IMG/VR virus record: IMGVR_UViG_3300029705_000015
Direction: 5' to 3' (one strand)
Length of the DNA stretch: 64,000 nt
From: a virus
Lineage: Duplodnaviria > Heunggongvirae > Uroviricota > Caudoviricetes
In this document: piece after piece, positions 58,070 to 64,000 of the stretch
Layout of the letters: the number at the start of each line of letters is the position of its first letter
Position numbering within the stretch: position 1 is the stretch's first letter
The notes under the pieces: generated by a model
What the model was told of the DNA's origin: nothing
The model's input: the letters and a program-made list of their open reading frames with translations, nothing else
Database searches by the model: none
Made by a program: the position numbers and the translations under genes

Positions 58070-61000
58070 ATGACATATGTAAATGAATTATCAAATCTTT
58101 CTTATACAAACAAAGATTTTGCTCAAATATATCCTGAATTACTCGATCTTGTTTCAAAGATTTCTTACAAGTGGGATCCTTCTCAATCGGATGAGAGCGA
58201 CCCTGGTGTTGTTCTATTAAAGTTAGCTGCTCTTATGGCTGACAAATGTAACTACAACATTGATAAGAATATCCTTGAACAGTTTCCACAATCAGTAACT
58301 CAGCTTGCAAATGCAAGACAACTGTTTGATCAGTGCGGTTACACTATGCGCTATTACAGAAGTGCAACAACTAGATTAAAGTTGCGTGTTATGCATGAGC
58401 CTGATTTTACTGAAGATGATCTAACAACATTTCTGCCTGAAACCACATTAGAGCTGGGAGATGTACTTTCTGATCACGAAAATTATCCTCGGCACTACAC
58501 CATTCCAAGATTCACAATGTTCTCTGATGTAGATAATACAAGTGTGTTTACATCCATTGAAGATGTTACAGTGTCCTCTGATGGTGTGCCACACTATGTA
58601 GATGTGGTTCAAGGCGTTGTTTCTGCATTAAGTATCAACGGTTCTGAAACTATTACTGCAGATCTACTTGATTCTGACAATAGAGTTTATTTTCCTTCAT
58701 TGAATGTTCCAGAAAATGGAATCTTTGTTAATAATATTGGTTCCAGTTCATTCTACTGGGAATCAAAGGATAACCTGCTAATCCATCCTCTTGGATCCAG
58801 AATATTCAAGTTTGGATTGACACAAGATGGTACTCGTTGTTTTATTGAGTTTCCATCAGATGCTAGTTCTTTGATTGCAGACGGAGTTCAAGTTCATTAT
58901 GTTACAACTTCAGGTTACAACGGCAATGTTGGTAAAAGATTGATTAAACAGTTCTTTACTGAAACAAAATGTAAAAGAACTCTTGCGTCTTTGCCTACTA
59001 CACAAGAGCTAGATATTACCACTGATGAAATTTACATTGTAAATGAGGATAGTACAATCAATGGTAAAGATCCTGAAACAATAGAAGATGCTTTTCGTAA
59101 TTATCAGAAAGTAAAAAATACATTTGAAACACTAGTAACAACAACTGATTATTCCAACTACCTACAGAGCAGTGGTAGAATGTCAAACTGTGTTGTTTGT
59201 GATCGTTCTGATGATATTCAATCCTCATATAAAGTACTCAATACAATTGAGGGTGTAGATCAATTGATTCCTATGATTAAACAATCAAAGGAATACATCG
59301 AAGTAGAAATTGATGGTGAAGCAAAGACTGCAGCTCATCTTGTAGACGAGATGACTGCTTTTGATCTTCGTGTTTACGGCTTACAATATGTTGATGGGTT
59401 CAAAGATTATAGTGATTTTTCTAGATCTTTTGAACTAGACAGTATTGAGGATAGATATGCTCTTAGTTCAATTGAGGACATAAAGTGTATTCAACATGAC
59501 TATCTCGCGTTTGAACCCAACAGAATAATAATGTTGAAGAATAGATATCCTATTACTGCAAAGCTCATCTCTTCAACAAAACTTAGCTATGCACAACAAG
59601 ACGATATTGTTGCTAATGTTAAGCTAGCTCTATTCCAGTTATTGAACTCACAGAAGATTAGCTTCGGTGAGGAAATTGATTACAATACTGTTTACAATGT
59701 AATTTTGAATGCTGATTCAAGAATAAATGCACTTGCATTAGATGATATTTCTTATGAAACTTATGCAGTATATGTTGACGATTCTCAAGAAGTTAGGTCT
59801 TTGAGAATTGACTCAAATTCCAAAGAGCCTACAGATTCAACTCAAGCAGCATTGTGGAAGCAATTCCGTGTTGATGTTTTTACAAGAGCAGTACTGGAGG
59901 GTAAGACTCCGTTATTTATCAAGGATACTCCGTTTGCAAAGTCTCTTGCTCATGAAACAGCAACTGAGAAAACAACATACACTGTTGATAAGATAACAAC
60001 TGAAAGTAATATACTCATGACACTTTCATCTGGTGATACTCCGTACTATACATCTGATAAGTTACATGAAAATGATGTTATTACTTTAACTGCTCCCAAT
60101 CTTATAATGGAAGAGCGGTATGCAAACTATGTTCAGTATATCACAAACATTGGAATTGGTATCAATAGAACTGACTCTGATGGCACTGTTATAACTAGAC
60201 AGAACTACTCAGTTGGAATTGAGACTCCTGAAATTGTTGTTCCTAAGAATACTGATTATGTTTTACAGCCGGATGAATATATCATATTCTTCTGGAGAAC
60301 TTCCGAGGATGATTCTGAGCCGTATACATATATCAAGTATACCGGCAGAGACAGCAATGTTCCTTGTATCATCAATCCAACATTCAACATTTTGAAACAA
60401 CCAAATCCACAAGTACTAGCTACTAGTGGAACTGTTACAATCAATGATGAATTCTTTATGGCACTGGGTGACTCTGCCTCAACAACTCATGAAAGCGTAA
60501 AATTAACTATCAATGATGTATATCCTGTAAACAATTCAGATGGTATTGTAAGTACTGATTTGAATAGAGTTATTGAGACTTTTATTATTGGTACTCCTTA
60601 TTTCAGTGTTGGACAGAATACTATTGAGAAGAAAAAACTCAACAAGATTCATCTTAACAATACTGATAATGGTACAAACAAAGTTTACTGGATTCTAAAT
60701 GATACCGTTGAGTCAAGAGGTAAACTTGTTTATAGATTGTTTAGTGCAGATTCTTCTGACACCACTTATACATTGAAAGATGGTGAGCAGTTTATCTACT
60801 CCAACGACAGAGGAAGTCAGTATTATATTTTAGGAGCAGGAACAAGAATAGAACGATCTTTCAGAAGTGGGGCGACTGCAACTGTTTGGGAGTGCCCTGC
60901 TCTTGATAATAAACTTGACTTCTTGAAAGAGGGTCCTACTTATTTTGAGAGTAGTGATCATGAATGGTTCAATATAGATAACAAAGCATCCAAAACCGAG

Positions 61001-62719
61001 CTGTATGCAACAGAAATGCTTTACAGAAAGCTTGGTTCTGGAACTAAACTGCGTATGTTGTTACCATCCGGTGCTAAATCAGATTTACAACAGTTAGTGC
61101 TAAATGCTAACGGAATAAATGAAAACGACCCTGAATATCAGTTACATCTTTGTTCCTTCCTTGTTATTGATGAGGATGGCAACTCTGAAACATTACCAAA
61201 TAGAAATCATGAGTCTCTGGCATGGTCAGTAACTGCCTCTTGTAATATCAATATGTCAGTTTCTTCTCCTCAAAGATTGTATGAAGGACAGAAATTCATA
61301 TGGACGGATGACGAAAATGTTACGACTGAATTGTCTGGCTCTAATACTGAGTTGATCTACATTCAATCAGATAAGGTTGCAATGTACAATGGCGGTAAAG
61401 ATATTGATGTTACAACTTATGATATCATTTCTGATTCAACTGTTCCTCTTCATCTGTATGTTTACAAGATTCGTGATTTTGATATGTCTTCTGATGCTGC
61501 TGATGCAAAGACATTGTGGGAGAGAACAGCTGAGGGTACAGTTAAAGCAAGAGGGTTAGATGTTTCGCTATCGAATATAAAACTTGATGGTGGTGATTAT
61601 GTAATTCCCATTGAAGTTGATAGTATAAACGGCGAGTTGAAAGTCTACTGGACTGAAATGCGTCCTATTTCAAAACATAAGCTAACTGCAGCCGAAGAAG
61701 AGATGATGCTTTCCTTAGAGGCTGTTGATGCTGGTGTTGATTCGAATGGTCAAAGTTATGATGGTTCTTGGGTAGATGCTGCCCGTCCACATGAACTGTG
61801 CGATGTTGCTTACTGGGTATACGGTGCAGCCAACATTGATGTTTCTAGTATATTCAAGCGCTACACTGTTTCTGATGTTTTTGATATTCTATTATCTCGT
61901 GAAGAAGATGCCACAACTTATGCAGTAAGTGATAATCCCAAGGATAGCATACTGGCAGAGACATGTTTGATGTCTTTACAGAATACTACAAGTATTCCTC
62001 TTACGTTCACCGCATTAACAACTGAGTTGAATAATATCGGAGTAAAAGTTGGCGATATCATTTGTGCGGATATAGATTACGAAACTGTACATGCTTATAA
62101 TGTGTGGGTATGTATTGATACTAATAAATTTATTGCAGTTACCAGAACAGCGGAAGGTGGTTATGATTGTGAGTGTGTAAATTCCATCGAGTTTGATGAG
62201 AATGATCTTGCAAGAGTGGCTGATTATGCGTTCTTGTTTAGGCCTGATGAACTTGCTGAGGTTGAGGGAACAGGTATTGTTGTTGATACTCTATGTGAAA
62301 ATTTAACAAGAATTCCCGCAAAAAAGAACGTAGTATACTACTATGCTGTCAAAGCAGAAACAAATTCTTCATACACTTTAAGACTCTGTGATGTTCTTCC
62401 CGATGGTGTGACAAACAAGACAACTCCAACATTTACTGTTCATGATCTTCGTAAATTCAGATATCCAACACTATCTAATCTGCATGAAGATGCAATACCT
62501 TTTGTTGAGGACATTCTTGAAAATATAGGATTACTTGATAAGACTGCAAGGTTCAACTTCTTGTATGAAGTTCCTGACTCTGATCTTGTAGAATATCCAC
62601 TGATGTCACAGTCCTTCTTGAATCCTGATCATCCAATGAACAAATTTACAATCTGTCAGTACACATTGTCTGATTCTTCAAAACGAAACGATATTGTTGT
62701 TATTAGTAAAGCTCGTTAA
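58070..62719 (+). CDS. Baseplate wedge protein (gp6/gpJ-like N-terminus, long C-terminal extension)
   Basis: SYTNKDF, ESDPGVVL, A...GY, G.DPETIE, LVT..DY. Confidence 0.75.
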   Translation: MTYVNELSNLSYTNKDFAQIYPELLDLVSKISYKWDPSQSDESDPGVVLLKLAALMADKCNYNIDKNILEQFPQSVTQLANARQLFDQCGYTMRYYRSATTRLKLRVMHEPDFTEDDLTTFLPETTLELGDVLSDHENYPRHYTIPRFTMFSDVDNTSVFTSIEDVTVSSDGVPHYVDVVQGVVSALSINGSETITADLLDSDNRVYFPSLNVPENGIFVNNIGSSSFYWESKDNLLIHPLGSRIFKFGLTQDGTRCFIEFPSDASSLIADGVQVHYVTTSGYNGNVGKRLIKQFFTETKCKRTLASLPTTQELDITTDEIYIVNEDSTINGKDPETIEDAFRNYQKVKNTFETLVTTTDYSNYLQSSGRMSNCVVCDRSDDIQSSYKVLNTIEGVDQLIPMIKQSKEYIEVEIDGEAKTAAHLVDEMTAFDLRVYGLQYVDGFKDYSDFSRSFELDSIEDRYALSSIEDIKCIQHDYLAFEPNRIIMLKNRYPITAKLISSTKLSYAQQDDIVANVKLALFQLLNSQKISFGEEIDYNTVYNVILNADSRINALALDDISYETYAVYVDDSQEVRSLRIDSNSKEPTDSTQAALWKQFRVDVFTRAVLEGKTPLFIKDTPFAKSLAHETATEKTTYTVDKITTESNILMTLSSGDTPYYTSDKLHENDVITLTAPNLIMEERYANYVQYITNIGIGINRTDSDGTVITRQNYSVGIETPEIVVPKNTDYVLQPDEYIIFFWRTSEDDSEPYTYIKYTGRDSNVPCIINPTFNILKQPNPQVLATSGTVTINDEFFMALGDSASTTHESVKLTINDVYPVNNSDGIVSTDLNRVIETFIIGTPYFSVGQNTIEKKKLNKIHLNNTDNGTNKVYWILNDTVESRGKLVYRLFSADSSDTTYTLKDGEQFIYSNDRGSQYYILGAGTRIERSFRSGATATVWECPALDNKLDFLKEGPTYFESSDHEWFNIDNKASKTELYATEMLYRKLGSGTKLRMLLPSGAKSDLQQLVLNANGINENDPEYQLHLCSFLVIDEDGNSETLPNRNHESLAWSVTASCNINMSVSSPQRLYEGQKFIWTDDENVTTELSGSNTELIYIQSDKVAMYNGGKDIDVTTYDIISDSTVPLHLYVYKIRDFDMSSDAADAKTLWERTAEGTVKARGLDVSLSNIKLDGGDYVIPIEVDSINGELKVYWTEMRPISKHKLTAAEEEMMLSLEAVDAGVDSNGQSYDGSWVDAARPHELCDVAYWVYGAANIDVSSIFKRYTVSDVFDILLSREEDATTYAVSDNPKDSILAETCLMSLQNTTSIPLTFTALTTELNNIGVKVGDIICADIDYETVHAYNVWVCIDTNKFIAVTRTAEGGYDCECVNSIEFDENDLARVADYAFLFRPDELAEVEGTGIVVDTLCENLTRIPAKKNVVYYYAVKAETNSSYTLRLCDVLPDGVTNKTTPTFTVHDLRKFRYPTLSNLHEDAIPFVEDILENIGLLDKTARFNFLYEVPDSDLVEYPLMSQSFLNPDHPMNKFTICQYTLSDSSKRNDIVVISKAR

Positions 62720-62732
62720 GATAGGAGAGAAC

Positions 62733-63407
62733 ATGTTTAGAATTCAAGATATGGTCCCCGAGGTGTATCCCGACCAATCAAGAGATTTTCAGATGTTCTG
62801 TAGAGCATATGATGTTGCATTCAATGGAGTCAAACAAGCAATTGACTCCATGAATTATCTTAGTTCTACTCAACTTTGTGATTCTTCTGTTCTTCAATTA
62901 CTGCAGAGTAAACTAGGCTTTTTCACATCAATTGCTGCTACCGATGATGATATGCGCTGTGTACTACAAGCATTTCCACACATCATAAAATATAAAGGAT
63001 CAAAGAAGGCAATTGAATACATTGTTAATCTATATTCTAGATTAGTTGCAGCTACAGACATTTCTATTGATATAACAGAAAAAGGAAGAGTGATTGAGTT
63101 ATCTTCAAACACTCCGATCAAGAAAACCGAGTTGCTTGTTGCTCTTCTCAAATATATCATTCCAACCGGTTACACTGTTGACTATTATATAACATCTATT
63201 GTTGACAGATCAACAAATCTGAGAACACAAGGAAATCTGGATTACTTTGTTTATGATACAAATTCAGACAGTGATGATACTAACATCCGATACAATGCAA
63301 AAGTTGTTATCGAGGAAGATCTTGTACCGAGCGGAGTTACAGAATATACTGAGTCTAGAGAACTTCCCAACATTGTTAACATTGTAAATGTTGCAGATTC
63401 GGAGTAA
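62733..63407 (+). CDS. Baseplate protein (gpI/gp7-like)
   Basis: L..LG...KYKGSKKAIE...IIPTG; AGGAG SD before ATG 62733. Confidence 0.6.
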   Translation: MFRIQDMVPEVYPDQSRDFQMFCRAYDVAFNGVKQAIDSMNYLSSTQLCDSSVLQLLQSKLGFFTSIAATDDDMRCVLQAFPHIIKYKGSKKAIEYIVNLYSRLVAATDISIDITEKGRVIELSSNTPIKKTELLVALLKYIIPTGYTVDYYITSIVDRSTNLRTQGNLDYFVYDTNSDSDDTNIRYNAKVVIEEDLVPSGVTEYTESRELPNIVNIVNVADSE

Positions 63408-63419
63408 AGGAATACATAT

Positions 63420-63935
63420 ATGAGTACTACAAATACAACAGTTTCAGGTACTGTTACTAACAACGAATCAACCACTACAAGTTACAGTACTTCAAGCCTT
63501 GCACAAATATTTGCAAACTTCATGTTAGGTAGTTCATCGAGAGATATGACTACTCAAAAATACATTCAGTTGTATAAACTTAGAGTCGAGGATCTAATTC
63601 TCCGTTATGAGCAGAATCATGCCCTTCCAACAGATAATGCACTTCTAGATAATCCCTCACCTGTACGAACAGCTCATTTGTCAACGGTTACAAATGATGT
63701 ATCTGCGGATGAATACTATTCCACATTCATTTCCACAATTGATGGCAGTGAGGTGACTCTACAACCTGTGAGTAACAGTGATTCTTTATCAATAGGACTT
63801 CAAATCGGTTCTACTCTATTAGCAGCAGCTACATTTGATAACACTGTCTACTCAAAACTTCGAGATGGATCACGATCTGAAATTCGTTGGAAACTTGGAG
63901 TTAACTCAACTTCTACAAGTCAAGGAGATGAATGA
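63420..63935 (+). CDS. Hypothetical tail/baseplate protein
   Basis: AAGGA SD; ends I.W.L. Confidence 0.5.
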   Translation: MSTTNTTVSGTVTNNESTTTSYSTSSLAQIFANFMLGSSSRDMTTQKYIQLYKLRVEDLILRYEQNHALPTDNALLDNPSPVRTAHLSTVTNDVSADEYYSTFISTIDGSEVTLQPVSNSDSLSIGLQIGSTLLAAATFDNTVYSKLRDGSRSEIRWKLGVNSTSTSQGDE

Positions 63936-64000
63936 TGGCAACTCAAAGAATTACACTTGAATCTACCGCAGTAGATAAGATGTTCCCTGTTAGTTTTGAA
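63932..64000 (+). CDS. Start of the next gene (partial)
   Basis: AAGGAG SD, ATGATG overlapping the previous stop, frame open to the window end. Confidence 0.55.
   Translation, partial: MMATQRITLESTAVDKMFPVSFE

Noticed and set aside
958-63475. Many short minus-strand and alternate-frame ORFs
   Set aside because: All are nested in well-supported + strand genes, with atypical composition and no motifs
1-64000. Stop-codon reassignment as in some gut jumbo phages
   Set aside because: Genes are full-length and densely packed in the standard code; hallmark proteins are not fragmented
1-64000. CRISPR array, tRNA, integrase, intron or intein
   Set aside because: No regularly spaced repeats, cloverleafs or recombinase motifs seen by eye; terL, portal and capsid look uninterrupted

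Overview
The window is the virion-morphogenesis region of a large, AT-rich myovirus with T4-like head and tail modules. All ~55 real genes are on the + strand and read in the standard code. Strong AGGAGG ribosome-binding sites, Gram-positive-type lysins and BspA/Cys-His surface-protein modules suggest a Bacillota (probably Clostridia) host; this is inference. Gene order: acidic multi-module proteins, a lysis cassette, more acidic proteins, a tail-fibre cluster with a 2221-aa CotH-like/LRR protein, TerL, portal, prohead protease-scaffold, major capsid, neck, sheath, tube, a nucleotidyltransferase-SWIM fusion, tail chaperones, tape measure and baseplate. The most notable signal is that about ten non-structural proteins carry short leaders and inter-domain linkers ending in (L/I/M/V/F)-x-E, the motif cut by T4 gp21-type head proteases. 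This suggests capsid-packaged polyproteins cut into small injected domains. Also seen: a recurrent TGTATATAA promoter-like motif (twice inside hairpins, one hiding an RBS), a candidate +1 frameshift before the tape measure gene, and a shared C-terminal peptide/Mtd_N domain pattern among fibre genes. All protein family calls are from motif recognition by eye, not database searches.
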